From positions 32,001 to 96,000 of IMG/VR virus record IMGVR_UViG_3300026320_000001: a DNA stretch of 64,000 nucleotides; one strand, given 5' to 3'. The translations under genes and the position numbers were made by a program. Shown here in pieces: positions 1-12,810 of the stretch; position 1 is the first letter of the stretch; every line of letters begins with the position of its first letter. The notes beneath the pieces are model-generated. The model was not told the origin of the DNA, made no database searches, and saw nothing but the letters and a program-made list of their open reading frames with translations. This DNA is from a virus.

Positions 1-669
1 TTATTTCATAGTGTTTTTCCACAAAATTTATATTATGATGTTTTGAATATTGATTTATGCTATATCTTTGAATTAGTTTCAAATTTTAATAGAGTTGTGA
101 TTCCTTATAATGAAACAGCATTGTACCATATTGGCACTAGAAATATGAAAACCCTAGAAGAATTAGACATTGACATTGGAATTAAAAAACCAAAATTATA
201 TAATTTAACTTCATTAGAAGAAATTTTAGAAATAGTAAAAAAATTACCATTCAATGATGAAGGATATGTTATTTTAGACAAATTTTGGAATAGATTAAAA
301 ATAAAATCATTAGCATATATTTCTGCTCATCATTTAAAAAATAATGGTGTTGTTACAAAGAATCGTGTTCTTGATATGATTAGAACCGGCGAACAATCTG
401 AGTTTCTTAATTATTATCCAGAATATCAAGAAATTTTTAATGAAGTCCAAAATAAAATTAATAAACTTTTGGTATCCATTGAACATGATTATATTCTTTT
501 CAAAAACAGAAAATTTGAAGATAGAAAAGAAATGGCATTATGGGTAAATCAAACTGTTTGTCCGTCTGCTATATATAGTTTATATGATAAAAAAGTATCA
601 GATGTAAATAGTTTTGTTTTCGGATTAACTAATGAGCGTTTATTGAAAATGATTGGAGAAAAAGAATGA
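1..669 (+). CDS. RNA ligase, T4 Rnl1-like (5' partial; frame open from base 1)
   Basis: Nucleotidyltransferase motifs FELVS, EGYVI and RLKIKS; adjacent to a PNK gene. Confidence 0.8.
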   Translation, partial: LFHSVFPQNLYYDVLNIDLCYIFELVSNFNRVVIPYNETALYHIGTRNMKTLEELDIDIGIKKPKLYNLTSLEEILEIVKKLPFNDEGYVILDKFWNRLKIKSLAYISAHHLKNNGVVTKNRVLDMIRTGEQSEFLNYYPEYQEIFNEVQNKINKLLVSIEHDYILFKNRKFEDRKEMALWVNQTVCPSAIYSLYDKKVSDVNSFVFGLTNERLLKMIGEKE

Positions 670-1580
670 CTGAACTAAGATTTCTTGTTGGAATTCCTGC
701 AAGTGGAAAATCTACTTTTGCAAAAGAGATTTTAAAAGATAATAATTATGTTCTTGTTTCATCGGATTCATATCGTGAAAAAATTTATGGTTCGGAAGAA
801 ATTCAAGGAAATAAAAATGAACTTTTTGAAATTATCAATAAAGATATTATTCAATATCTTATGGATGGTAAATCTGTAATTTTTGATGCGACAAATATAG
901 ATTTAAAAAAGAGAATGGAATTAATAAAAAAAATAAATTCAAAAGTTTCAGATATTTATATAACAGCACAAGTTGTTGCAACCCAATATAAAATCTGCTT
1001 GGAAAACAACAGGAAACGGACACGTTTCGTCCCCGAATTCGTTATTAAGCGCATGTATGAAAATTTTACTTTTCCTCAAAATTTTGAAGGTATTCACAAT
1101 GTCTTTATTCGGTATGATTATGATAAATATGATTATCGTCAAGAATGGCTTGAAGAACTAATGGATGATTTCAACCAAGATAATCCCCATCATAGTTCTA
1201 CGCTTGGTCAGCACACACTTAAGGTTTTTGAAAATATTTTGACTGTTGCTCCCGATAATCATAGATTGCAATTGGCCGCTAAATTTCACGATATAGGAAA
1301 ATTATATACAAAGACTTATAAAGATTCAAAAGGAAATCAGAAAGATTTTGCCAGTTATTATAATCATGAGCAAGTTTCGACATATGAATCTATGTTTTAT
1401 CTTAAAGAAAAAAATATTCAAAATTTTGATATGTTCTATATTCTTGGATTGATTCAATTTCATATGAGGTTATATGGAATCAATTCTGATAAAAGCAGAG
1501 ATAAACTTATAAATCTCATTGGTAGACAAATGTATGAAGATTTAATTTTATTAAATGATGCAGATAAAAATGGAAAATAA
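666..1580 (+). CDS. Polynucleotide kinase (AAA_33 P-loop) fused to HD domain
   Basis: GIPASGKST P-loop, SSD..R, FDATN; C-terminal H...HDIGK...H...D HD motif. Confidence 0.85.
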   Translation: MTELRFLVGIPASGKSTFAKEILKDNNYVLVSSDSYREKIYGSEEIQGNKNELFEIINKDIIQYLMDGKSVIFDATNIDLKKRMELIKKINSKVSDIYITAQVVATQYKICLENNRKRTRFVPEFVIKRMYENFTFPQNFEGIHNVFIRYDYDKYDYRQEWLEELMDDFNQDNPHHSSTLGQHTLKVFENILTVAPDNHRLQLAAKFHDIGKLYTKTYKDSKGNQKDFASYYNHEQVSTYESMFYLKEKNIQNFDMFYILGLIQFHMRLYGINSDKSRDKLINLIGRQMYEDLILLNDADKNGK

Positions 1581-2700
1581 TATAGAAAAAATAATAAAAT
1601 TTTTAAATATAAAAAATTATATTTTCATTGATAATTACCATAAAAATAATCAAATAAGAGTTATTATCCAAGACAAACTTGGCTATAAATATGATGTTCA
1701 ATTTGGAAATTTAAGTGTTCAAAAGCCAAAAATTGTCCATAAATTCAATCCCTTTAGTTTAGAAAATATAGGAATATGGATAAAGATAAATAAAAAGAAT
1801 TTTTTATTATTGAAAAATAATATTTATCTAAATGCCAATGAAAAGTTAAGATTTAAATGTTTGGATAATAAATGTAAAGAAATTTTTTTCGCAAGTTGGC
1901 ATTCAATTTTTAGTGGTAGAGGATGCACATTTTGTTCTGGTTTTGAAGTTGGCAGACATAATAATTTAGAATATTTATTTCCTGAAATTGCAAAAGAATG
2001 GGATAAATCAAATTTTATAAAAGCATTTGAAATTACCTGTGGTTCAACAGAAAATATTTTATGGAAATGTAAAAAATGTGGTTATAAGTGGAATGCTTCT
2101 CCGAATCAAAGAACTTATTATAAAACGGGTTGTCCTTCTTGTTCTGGATTAATTGTTTCGGATAGTAATAGATTGTCTATTTTATTTCCAGAAATATCAA
2201 AGGAATGGCATCCAATAAAAAATGGGAATTTGACTCCAAATGATATTAGTTATGGAAGCAATAAGAAATTTTGGTGGCTATGCCCAAAAGGACATGAATA
2301 TTATTCTGCTGTTAATAATAGAATAAATGGAAGGAATTGTAAAAAATGCAAAATTAAAAAAGGTGAAAAAGAAATTATTAAAATTCTTGATATTTATAAT
2401 GTAAAATATAAATTTCAATGTAATGATTTTAAAGATTGCAGAGACAAAATTGTTTTATATTTTGATTTTTATTTACCTGACTATAATATTTGTATTGAAT
2501 ATCAGGGAATTCAACATTATGAACCAATTGATTTTGCTGGTCGCGGTAAGAAATGGGCAAAAGAAGAATTTAAGAAAAATAAAAGAAGAGATAAAATCAA
2601 GATAAAATATTGTCAGAAAAATAATATTAAATTGATTATTATACCTTATTGGAATTTTGATGAAATTGAAAATATTTTAAAAAGGAATTTGAAAATATGA
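1570..2700 (+). CDS. Zinc-ribbon repeat protein with C-terminal PD-(D/E)XK/Vsr-like endonuclease domain (putative homing endonuclease)
   Basis: Repeated PEIAKEW...WKC..CG..W...CP.C units; FDFYLP..ICIEYQGIQHY tail. Confidence 0.7.
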   Translation: MENNIEKIIKFLNIKNYIFIDNYHKNNQIRVIIQDKLGYKYDVQFGNLSVQKPKIVHKFNPFSLENIGIWIKINKKNFLLLKNNIYLNANEKLRFKCLDNKCKEIFFASWHSIFSGRGCTFCSGFEVGRHNNLEYLFPEIAKEWDKSNFIKAFEITCGSTENILWKCKKCGYKWNASPNQRTYYKTGCPSCSGLIVSDSNRLSILFPEISKEWHPIKNGNLTPNDISYGSNKKFWWLCPKGHEYYSAVNNRINGRNCKKCKIKKGEKEIIKILDIYNVKYKFQCNDFKDCRDKIVLYFDFYLPDYNICIEYQGIQHYEPIDFAGRGKKWAKEEFKKNKRRDKIKIKYCQKNNIKLIIIPYWNFDEIENILKRNLKI

Positions 2701-3082
2701 ATGTTTATCATGTCAAAATAAATATAATCATATTAATAATGTGTACAATTCTAGTCTTTTTTGTTGACAATCTATATCATAAACATTATTTAGATTGTGC
2801 ATATAACTTAATGGGTGTTTTGGGATTACTTATAATGTATAATCTAACAAAAGGAAAATAAATGGAGGTAGCAATGAATAGAGAAACTGTTAAATTTCAC
2901 TTGGAAAATATTAGAAATAATAAAAGTAAAGATGGTCACATTCAAGATTTAAAATTAGAGATTAGTTCATTGCGAATTATGGCCTTTAAATATAAAGGAA
3001 GTGGTTTGGCTAAGGTTGCAGAAAAAAGAGCAAACGATATTGAAAAGGAATTAACATTAGCTATTTTGGACGCAAAAAGAAA

Positions 3083-3604
3083 ATGAATTATAATCCAAAA
3101 AATCAAGGTGGTCTTGATAGTTTATGTTCAGTATATAGTATTATCAATGCTTATGGAATAACGATGAATGCCACCGATAATGAACAACAAAAATTATTTA
3201 ATGATATTATTGCATATCTTTCTAAAAAAAGAATTTTGAAAGACGTAATTATTGGTGGTGTTTATCATAAGCATATGGTAATGATGTTGGAAGATGTTGT
3301 TGGAGATAGAATACCAGTAAAAAATCTAATATGGAAAAGTTTTCCAACACCAACAAAAAGAATTTTCTGGAATTCAATTGTAGAACATTTATCAAATGAA
3401 AATAATGCTGTAATTTTAAGTATGGGTGGTAGGCGTGACCATCTATCATCAGCATATCAAGCAACAGATAAATCAATAAAATTATTGGATTCTAATGGAA
3501 TGAAATCAATTAGATATAAAGATTCAACTACTGATACAAGTGTTCACACAATAAAAAAATTCATGCTTTATCCAAGTCAATGTTGGTTTTTATCTAAGGA
3601 ATAA
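3083..3604 (+). CDS. Papain-fold (C39-like) cysteine peptidase-like protein
   Basis: Q.....C near N-terminus, then H and LLDS in the spacing of the catalytic triad. Confidence 0.45.
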   Translation: MNYNPKNQGGLDSLCSVYSIINAYGITMNATDNEQQKLFNDIIAYLSKKRILKDVIIGGVYHKHMVMMLEDVVGDRIPVKNLIWKSFPTPTKRIFWNSIVEHLSNENNAVILSMGGRRDHLSSAYQATDKSIKLLDSNGMKSIRYKDSTTDTSVHTIKKFMLYPSQCWFLSKE

Positions 3605-3605
3605 A

Positions 3606-4496
3606 ATGAAAAATTTAAAAATAATTTTTGAAACTAAAGCAGGTTCACATCTTTATGGAACAAACACTATATCTAGCGATATGGATTATCGTGGTGTTGG
3701 CGTTGTTCCAATTAAAGATATGCTTGACCCCTTCCAAGAATTCAATCAATTTGAAGATAATGAATCTGATGATAGAATTATTTATGGATTGAAAAAATTT
3801 ATGAAATTGGCAAGCGATATGAACCCCAATGTTTGTGAATTGTTATATGCAAACGAAAATTCTATTATTAAATTAACAAAACAAGGTAAAATTCTTTTAG
3901 ATAATAGAAACTTATTTCTATCACAACTTGCACGAAAAACATTTTTTGGATATGCAGTTGCACAATTGAAAAGAATTGAATTACATAAGAATTATCTTTT
4001 AAATCCTCCAAAAAATAAACCTAATCGTGAAGATTATGGTTTGCCAGCTATGCCAAATTTTGGATTGGAAAAAATTGTCAACATGATTCATTCTCCACAA
4101 GAAACTATTGCACCTGAATGGCGTGAATATGCATTAAAAGAAAAATCATATCGTGATGCTTCAGACAATTATCAAAAATATGAACAGTGGAAAAATAATA
4201 GAAATCCAAAACGTGCATTACTAGAAGAAAAATGGGGGTATGATTTAAAGCATTCTAATCATTTATATAGACTTTTGACTGAAGGAAGAGAATTATTAGA
4301 AACAGGAAATATTGTATTTCCTTTAAGAAATGTTGATAAATTAAAATTTATTTTAAATGGTGGTATGACTTACAATGATTTGATGGAAGAAGTAAATGAA
4401 TTAAATAAACTTTTTGAAAATTGTAAATCTAATTTACCAAATAAACCAAATATCAATAAATTAAAAGAATTATATTATAAAATTCTAGGAATATAA
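3606..4496 (+). CDS. Pol-beta superfamily nucleotidyltransferase (RlaP/YcgL-like)
   Basis: GSHLYGT...SDMDYRGV, NPN..ELL and GYDLK...HLYRL motifs. Confidence 0.8.
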   Translation: MKNLKIIFETKAGSHLYGTNTISSDMDYRGVGVVPIKDMLDPFQEFNQFEDNESDDRIIYGLKKFMKLASDMNPNVCELLYANENSIIKLTKQGKILLDNRNLFLSQLARKTFFGYAVAQLKRIELHKNYLLNPPKNKPNREDYGLPAMPNFGLEKIVNMIHSPQETIAPEWREYALKEKSYRDASDNYQKYEQWKNNRNPKRALLEEKWGYDLKHSNHLYRLLTEGRELLETGNIVFPLRNVDKLKFILNGGMTYNDLMEEVNELNKLFENCKSNLPNKPNINKLKELYYKILGI

Positions 4497-4497
4497 A

Positions 4498-7400
4498 ATG
4501 GAAAGAGAAAAAACAAAATTTGTTATACAGGTTAATGGTTATGGCACATTTGAATTTATTGGCAATCTTGAACAAGCAAAATCTTTGCGTGAAAATAAAG
4601 CAAGATGGGAAAAGGCAGTTGCTCATTTGTGGGATGCTCTTCAAGAATGCCAAAAATGTAATCACTTAAACTGGTGGCAATCATCAAAATGTGATTTTTG
4701 TGATGCAGAAATGGGCGACCCAATTTTAATTTGGTAATTCATAAAACATAATTTTATTTAGGAATATAAAATGGAAAAATCTACAAAAACTATTGATGTT
4801 TATAAAACAAAAACCGTGAAAAAGAAAACGGGAGAAAAACAAGTTGAAATTTTTACAGCCAGAGATGGTCGTGAATTTACAACAGAATCAGGTTGTCTAA
4901 AACATGAAACAGAATTAAATAGAATTGATAAATTTAATTCTATTAAAAAGATACAGGACGGTAGCACTTATAGATTTCCTGAAACATGGTATTTTATATC
5001 AGATGAAGAAGAACTTGAAATGATTAAAAATATGGTTGGTTTTTATGATAATTATAATTATGTTCATATTAATGATGAAGATAAAAATAAAGATAGTGAT
5101 ATATTAAAAATTGGTGATTGGATTGGTTCATATAATTTTGATGGTGGAGATTATAGAGGAGATGTATATATTTATACTTTAGAATATCTTTCAAAAAAAT
5201 TTATGAAAATATTAAAAGAAGCAAAATTGATGAAAGTATAATTTTATCAACTAGGAGAAAAAATGAAGGAAATATTTATAATAGATAGTTCAAATAATAC
5301 TGAAGTTGTTGGTATCAATGTCAATGATATTAAAGAAGTTTCATTAATGATTGATATGTTTATTGGTCATGGTTTTGAATATAATAATTTATCTTATGAA
5401 TATAGCCATACTATTATGAAAAATTATGGTTGTGATATTTATGTTACAAAAAAAAGAAAAAGAGAATAGAATGAATTTAGAATTACGAATGTATTTTTTC
5501 GTCCCTTACAATATTTCAGAAATTCAAAAAGGAATACAGGCTGGTCATGCGGCTTTAGAATATGCTTATAAATATGGTCAAACAGAATTATATCAGGATT
5601 TCATTAAAAATCATAAAACTTTTATTATCTTGAATGGTGGAACAACAAGAGATATAATTAATGATGAAGATGATGGTGGAACACTTCAATCCATTCAAAG
5701 ATTGCTTGGCATCAATAAAATTGAACATTCATCTTTTAAAGAACCTGATTTAAATTATGCTACTACAGCACTTTGTTTTATCGCAGATGAAAGAGTTTTT
5801 AATAAAGAAAAATATCCTGATTGGATTCCCGGAGAAAAATGGATTAATATAGATATGCATATTTGGAATTATGATGAATGGATTAATTTTATTGGTGGAG
5901 AAAAAAATCTTTTTCTTAGAGAATTGTTGAAAGATAAAAGGTTGGCCTAATGAAAATATTTGATGGATTATTTTTAACAAATATGATTGGTTTTCAAGGT
6001 GAAAATATTTTTGAAATAAAAACAAAAGATAAACATTATCTTATTGTTTATACAAATAATTGGGACAAACTTATAAAAGATGGTCATATTGAATTCGATG
6101 ATTATCCCACATCTTTACTTGGTTTTCCGGTAAATACTTTCCAATTATACACTGGAATTCCAGTTATTGAAAATGATGAATTGTTATTGGAAATATTAAA
6201 AGAAATATTCCCAATTAAACCAGTGGAATTCAGATATGCTTAGAATAAAAATTGAATTAATTCCTTTTGGTATTTTGCCTGTAAAAAATAGTTGGAATGC
6301 TGAAATATGGAATGATGCAACAGGTGATAGGTCTATTGGAAATTATCAATTTAAAATATTTAGAAAAAATTCAAATTCAACCATTTGGAAAGGCGGAGAA
6401 ATAAAGAATTTTCAAAGACTCCGATGGAATGTCTGGTATTTATTATATCTCTGTTTAAAAAATGTTTACGATGATTAGGAGTAATTTAAATGAAAATTAA
6501 ATTCAATATAGAATGTGAAATGGAAACAAGATGGATTCCATATTTTTTAGCAATGCTTGCTCATATGGAATTTTTAGGAAAAATTGGTTCAAGTAAACTT
6601 GTTACATTATATTCAGATGGTGATGGTGATTTTAGACCATCATTTATTTGGGATACTAATTTGCCAGAACCAACTCTCAATTACGAAGTTGATGAACATG
6701 GTAATACAATTTTTGATGCAGGTTAAAAATTTATAAAGGATAATCATGTGGCAAATAAAACAAAAAATATTTGAAAAAGGTCGTGGCGATTGTGTTAAAT
6801 GTTGTATCTGTTCTTTATTTGAACTAGATTATGATATTGTTCCAAATTTTATAGAAGAAGAAAATAATGATTGGTTATTGGGATTATATAAATTTCTCGA
6901 ACCTTATAACCTAGAACCAATTTATATAAAATATCCACATCCTCTTTATCAAGGAATTGATTATATTGCAACAGGTAAAAGTCCTCGTTCTAATAATAAT
7001 TATAAAACAAATCATGCAGTTATTTATCATGCAAGAAATATGATTTTTGACCCACATCCTGATAATTTAGGAATTGGAATTTTTGAAAATATTATATTGT
7101 TTCATCCAATTTCATTAAATAAATCTTTGAGGAATATAAATGAAAAATAAAAAGAAAGAAATATATTTAATAGTAATATTATCACCATTTGGACTTAGAC
7201 AGGTCACATTTAAATTGGTGGATGAAAAGCCAGAACCATTTCATTATACAAAAGGAGAGGGCAGTTGTATGATTTTTAAATTAGTTGATGGAGATTTTTC
7301 AACAAATTTTAATAAAGCCATCGAAAATGGAACAATTATGAATGAGTTTGGTAATTTTTCAATTGATACCGATTTGTCAAATATTCCTGAAAAGAAAAAG

Positions 7401-8297
7401 AAATTTGATAAAGAAGTTGAAAAAATGAAAAAAGAAAATAAATGGAGTTAATAATGCAAATATCATTAAGAAATTTATATTTTATTATCAAAGAACAATA
7501 TATTCATGATGGATTAACGGGATTTCCAGATATGGCATTTACATCCATAACCGAAGCGATGAGAGCATGTCCTAGAGATTGTAAAGTTATGAATTATGAA
7601 CAAATTTTATTAGAAATATCTCGAAATATAAAGGAAATTGAAAAATGAATAAATATTTTAATAGAATTAAATGTTTAACTTTTCACAGAAAGTATCATCT
7701 TAGTAGTTTTCCAATGGAGTTCTCTCTTTTACAAGAAAAAGATTGTTTAAAATGTGGCTTACATTGGGATGACCAAATGGGAAAATTGACCTATTATGAA
7801 ACAGATGACTATGATGGTATTCCTGTTCAGTATTCAATAATATTGAAACAAATTAGAGGAAAAATATAAATGAATAAAATAGAAGAAGAATTTTTATCAA
7901 GCTTGAAAGCATTATGTGTTAGATATAATGTTGAAGTTAAGTATATTGATTATGATAAAGTTTATTATTTTCATGGAATTAATCTTCAAGATTCAGAAGA
8001 TGATTTCTTTGTGAGTATAGATGATATTATAGAATTTATGGATAAATAAACCATATGAAACAAAAAAAAACTTGTAAACATAATGGCAAAATATTAATTA
8101 CAAAATATTTTAAAACATCAACTCAAATTTCCATTGAAAATAATGAACACGAAGAATTTTATGATGAAGATTATCATGAAGGAAAATATTATAAGGTTGA
8201 AGGATATTGTTGTCAATGTAAAAAAAATTGGTCTGCAAAAAGTATTTCAAAACTTCCAAAATTTTTTGAAAATAGATTGGAAGAATCATCTTACTAG
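4498..8297 (+). other. Array of short, tightly packed hypothetical ORFs (includes the Pth2-like gene listed separately)
   Basis: Overlapping or abutting + strand ORFs of 60-160 aa with AGGA/GGAG RBSs. Confidence 0.7.
5471..5950 (+). CDS. Peptidyl-tRNA hydrolase Pth2-like protein
   Basis: MYFFV...KGIQAGHA, IILNGG, F.EPDLN...TA motifs of phage Pth2-like proteins. Confidence 0.7.
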   Translation: MNLELRMYFFVPYNISEIQKGIQAGHAALEYAYKYGQTELYQDFIKNHKTFIILNGGTTRDIINDEDDGGTLQSIQRLLGINKIEHSSFKEPDLNYATTALCFIADERVFNKEKYPDWIPGEKWINIDMHIWNYDEWINFIGGEKNLFLRELLKDKRLA

Positions 8298-8308
8298 AGG
8301 TTTATAAT

Positions 8309-8758
8309 ATGGACATTGGAAGTGGTAAAGGATTTCCAGCATCAAATTTATCTAATTTTTCACCACACCCTTTTGAAATTGATGGTGTTATGTGTAATAG
8401 CATGGAGGGATTTCTTCAATCTTTAAAATTTAAAGATGTTGCCATGCAAGAATATGTTTGCACATTAGTTGGATTAAAGGCAAAATTTAAAGGCAAAGAT
8501 AAAAAATGGTGGAAGACTCAAACTCTCTGGTGGAGAGGTGTTGAAATTGATAGGCATTCAAATGAATATCAATTACTTTTAGATAGAGCATATAATGAAT
8601 TGTCCAAAAATGAATCTTTCAAAAGAGCATTGTTGGCAACAGGAAATTCATCTTTGAAACATTCCATTGGAAAAAATGATGCTCATAAAACCATTTTGAC
8701 TGTGAATGAATTTTGCGGTAGATTATTAAAAATCAGAGAAGGATTGAAAAATGAATGA
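8309..8758 (+). CDS. NADAR family protein (T4 gp30.3-like ADP-ribosyl hydrolase)
   Basis: LSNF.PHPF..DG..C.SMEGFLQSLKF and ALLATG motifs. Confidence 0.8.
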   Translation: MDIGSGKGFPASNLSNFSPHPFEIDGVMCNSMEGFLQSLKFKDVAMQEYVCTLVGLKAKFKGKDKKWWKTQTLWWRGVEIDRHSNEYQLLLDRAYNELSKNESFKRALLATGNSSLKHSIGKNDAHKTILTVNEFCGRLLKIREGLKNE

Positions 8759-9909
8759 AAATATAGTTAAAATTTTTTGTGATTTATCGGATTATAAACT
8801 TCCAAGAAATGAAAAAAATCTTGATAAGATTAATTTTGAACTTAAAATTGGACAAAAAATTTATTGGTATTATAAAGAAGATTTAGAATTTTTTGAAAAT
8901 GAAGGTGAAGATATAAAAGAAAATCTTGATTATATTTTTAGTGGAATAATTATTCCTATTCCCGGAACGGATAGTAATGCAGAACTTTATATCGAAAACT
9001 GTATTTTAGTTATTACCGATTATCCTACAGAAAAACAATCTCCAGAGATTGATTGGGTATCATTAAACAGATTATTGGACAACGATAGTTTGATTGAAGT
9101 ATTTACTAATGAATAAAAGGATGCTTTTATGAATAAATATAAAAATTTTATAAAAACAATGCCTAATAATACTAAATTATTAGATGTTGTAAAATATTTA
9201 GATGAAGTTGGATTGAAAGGATGGATTCTTTCTGTTGTTATAGTTGGTGATACTGAATCTATTTATTTTTTTCATAGAAAGATTGAAAATGAATAAATAT
9301 AAATGTTCTTGTGGTTGTATTTGGTATGCTAATGAATTCAATTCGGAATGTGAAGATAGTACAGATGATTATACAGGTGCAAGAAATCATATTGTAAAAA
9401 AAACTAAAGCTTTGTTCTCAGAAGATTATATAATATTTTGGGAATCTAATTTAGAAAATGCAAATCGTTATTCTATGTCAAATATGCCAAAAGAAATTTT
9501 AAAAATATTAAATAAAAATATAGAAGACCATAACATTATTAAAAACATTATGAAAGATTGTTATCACAAAGGAATTGGTGTATGAATAATAATTATTGTC
9601 CAATGCATGAAGGTAAAATAGTTCTTCTAAAACTTATGCCAGAATATTCTTCAAGCGGTATTTGGTGTGAATGTGGCCTTAGTTTCGGAAATCCTGAAAT
9701 ATTAGATTTATCAAAAGGATTGATTGATTTAGTTGAGGGCTGGAATTTAATGTGGGAAATGGCGCAAGATGATAAAAATTTAAATAAAGAATATTTTGAA
9801 AGAATATTTGTTGATATGGGCAATGAACTTTGTTCACAAGTTAGTAAAATTATTCCATGTTATTTTGACTCAAATATTATAAATGAAAAATGGTTTTGGG
9901 ATGAAAAAA

Positions 9910-10500
9910 ATGAATATTAATCAACAAAAAGAAATCACTAATGAAGTAATGGAACAAATATTTCCAATAGATTTATATAGTATTGTTGCTGGTGGCGCAC
10001 CTAGAGACTGGTATTTCCATCGTGAAGCTTCAGATATTGATATATTTCTTCATCGTCCAGATTTACAAACATCTTGGAGTTTCGTTGAAACATTTAAATC
10101 TATTGGATTATCAGTATCACAACTTGGAAGCAATTTAACAAATCATCCAATATATGCTAAAAATATGTTGATTGATAAAGTGTTTGAATGTGAATATAAA
10201 AAATTAAAATTTCAATTTATTAATATGAAAGAAAAAACATTCACATCGGTTGTTCCACAATTTCCATTAACTATTTGTAAAGCTTGGTATAAAAATGGAG
10301 AAATAAATACTTATCCTGATTTTGATGCCACCGTAAAAAATAATGTCATAGTAAAAGTAAATGATTTATATGCAGATGGAGATAAGTATATAGAAAAAAT
10401 AAGAAATAAATTTCCTTATTTTCAATATTTTGATAGTTATGAATCTTATGGAAAATATGCTTTGAATCATATTGATTATCATAATAATATACCATTTTAA
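9910..10500 (+). CDS. Nucleotidyltransferase, CCA-adding/poly(A) polymerase head-like
   Basis: VAGGAPRD....SDIDIF class II NTase signature; lacks the body/tail domains. Confidence 0.65.
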   Translation: MNINQQKEITNEVMEQIFPIDLYSIVAGGAPRDWYFHREASDIDIFLHRPDLQTSWSFVETFKSIGLSVSQLGSNLTNHPIYAKNMLIDKVFECEYKKLKFQFINMKEKTFTSVVPQFPLTICKAWYKNGEINTYPDFDATVKNNVIVKVNDLYADGDKYIEKIRNKFPYFQYFDSYESYGKYALNHIDYHNNIPF

Positions 10501-10511
10501 AGGAAATAGAT

Positions 10512-10853
10512 ATGGCTATTTATGTAAAAAATGAAAAGAAAGATGGAGACAAATCTTTTCCGGGTAGAATGGTATATATCGGAAGACCATCAATACTTGG
10601 AAATCCATATTCTCATTTGTCAAATACTTTGGCTGAATTCAAGGTAAAAAATAGAAAAGAAGCCATTGACAAATATAAGGAAATGTTTTATAATAGGATA
10701 TTGTACGATGTTGAATTTAGAACGGCAATTGATTCTATTGTAAAAGATGCTTTTATTGGTCATAATATTTATTTGTTCTGCTGGTGTAAACCATTTGCTT
10801 GTCATGGTGATATTATAAAAGAATATATTGAAAGTAAATTGAGGAATAAATGA
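10512..10853 (+). CDS. DUF4326 family protein
   Basis: VYIGRPS..GNP...CWCKP..CHGD motif. Confidence 0.8.
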   Translation: MAIYVKNEKKDGDKSFPGRMVYIGRPSILGNPYSHLSNTLAEFKVKNRKEAIDKYKEMFYNRILYDVEFRTAIDSIVKDAFIGHNIYLFCWCKPFACHGDIIKEYIESKLRNK

Positions 10854-11422
10854 CCATATTTTTTACGGCTGATACACATTTTGGACATAAGAATATCATA
10901 AAACTTTGTAATCGTCCATTCAATGATGTTGACGAGATGAATAGAGAAATGATTTCAAGATGGAATTCCAAAGTTACAAAAAATGATATTATCTATCATT
11001 TGGGAGATTTTTCTTTTGGTGGATGGAATTTTGCATCATCTATATTTCAACAGCTTCATGGCTCAACTATGGTATTGCAAGGTAATCATGATGATTGGTA
11101 TAGAAATGCTACCAATATCAATGTTCACACAATACCAAATTTGAGTGAAATCAACATTCCTGAATTAAAAATTGATGGTCATGAACAAAAAATAATTTTA
11201 TGTCATTATCCAATGCGTTCATGGAATAAATCTTTTCATGGTTCATGGCATTTATTTGGTCATGTTCATGGAACTTTAGAACCATATGGACTTTCATTTG
11301 ATTGTGGTGTAGATACCAATAATTTTTATCCTTATTCTTTGAATGATGTAAAAGATAAAATGATTATTTTACAATCTGAGATAGATAACAATAAAAAGGA
11401 TTATCATGTGCCTATTGTGTAA
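10850..11422 (+). CDS. Calcineurin-like metallophosphoesterase
   Basis: DTHFGH, HLGD, GNHD, CHYP and GHVH motifs. Confidence 0.9.
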   Translation: MTIFFTADTHFGHKNIIKLCNRPFNDVDEMNREMISRWNSKVTKNDIIYHLGDFSFGGWNFASSIFQQLHGSTMVLQGNHDDWYRNATNINVHTIPNLSEINIPELKIDGHEQKIILCHYPMRSWNKSFHGSWHLFGHVHGTLEPYGLSFDCGVDTNNFYPYSLNDVKDKMIILQSEIDNNKKDYHVPIV

Positions 11423-12776
11423 CACCGATGAACCAACCAGATATTTTGATTTATATATAGTTGGAAGTGAAGGTCTAAATGTTTGCCATGATTGTGAAAT
11501 GAAAATTGTTGAATTTTGCAGAGATTTGAAAAGTGAAAATTCTTCTAAATTATTGAAGAAGGCAAAAAATGATAAATATTGGAAAGAAATTGGGTGGAAA
11601 AAATTTGGAATTGATTTGGATTGGAATGATTTAATTGGTGAACGAATTTTGGTACAAATGAGTCCATATGCCACCGAAGCATTGGATAGAATTGTTGAAA
11701 GAGTTCATCTTGATTTTGTATATTTTAAATATGATAATAACGGTTATGCAAAATTATCATTGAAACTTATACGAATTCATCGAAGTGATAAATTTTTTTA
11801 TGGATATAATTGGTAATAAATGGAGAATAAAAATTGAAAATAGTTGAAAAAGAAAATATAGAAATAGAAAAGTTGATTGCTATTCAATGCGATAAATGTA
11901 AGGTTAGATATAATGATGTAATGGAAACTCAAGAATTTTTATTTATAAATTTTGTTGGTGGGTATAATTCTATTTTTGGAGATGGAGATAAAATTGAAGG
12001 TGATATTTGTCAACATTGTTTCAAAGAAGTTCTAGGAGAATATCTTACAGTAACTTCAGATGATTGAAATCATAAATAAAAAAATTGTTTTATTAATAGG
12101 AGAAAAAACATATGATTATAAATATTCCAGAAAAAATAGAGTATGATATTAACAATAGAGAAGCATATCTTCAATGGAAATCTGATTGCTGGAGAAATGT
12201 GGCAATTTCCCTAAAAGAATCTATTGAAAATAAAAATTCAGATAGTATTCAGAACTCTCTTGATATGTTTGAAACTGTAAAAACTATGTTTCCTTATGTT
12301 GAAATTTAGTTTATAAAATGGAGGTTTCATGAATGACTTGCAAATTGCCTTAACTCATTATAATAAGAAACATGAAAAAGAATTTGAAGATTATGGAAAT
12401 TGCCATATTGAAATATATGAGAATTGTTCTATGATTAGACATGAATATATATATTTAGATAAGATTTTTAGAAAAGAATTTTCAATGATTAATGGTGTCA
12501 ATGGACTATTAAATTATTTATTAAACAATTAATAAAGGAAAACATATGACAACTAAAAGACGTTTTTTCTATCATTATAATAAGCCATATTCACAAAAAA
12601 TGGGTGAGACTTATTGGAGTGTTCATTTTAAAGATGTTTGTTATTTTGTCAAGGGAATTGATTGTCGTGTTCCAACACAAAGCAAAAATCAAAAAATACA
12701 ACCTCGTGCTATTATGATTGGGTTTGCCAATAAGGTTGAACTTCAAAATAATATAGCAATTATTAGTTGAAAAACC

Positions 12777-12805
12777 TTGACAAAATTGAAAAAGTGTGGT
12801 AATAT
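12777..12805 (+). promoter_or_regulatory. Sigma70-type promoter (extended -10) for the tRNA/ncRNA island
   Basis: TTGACA-17bp-TAATAT with TG before the -10. Confidence 0.7.
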
Positions 12806-12810
12806 TATTT

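Noticed and set aside
2739-2804. Imperfect inverted repeat containing TTGACA
   Set aside because: There is no good -10 at 17 bp and the stem is AT-rich with alternative pairings, so I cannot assign a function.
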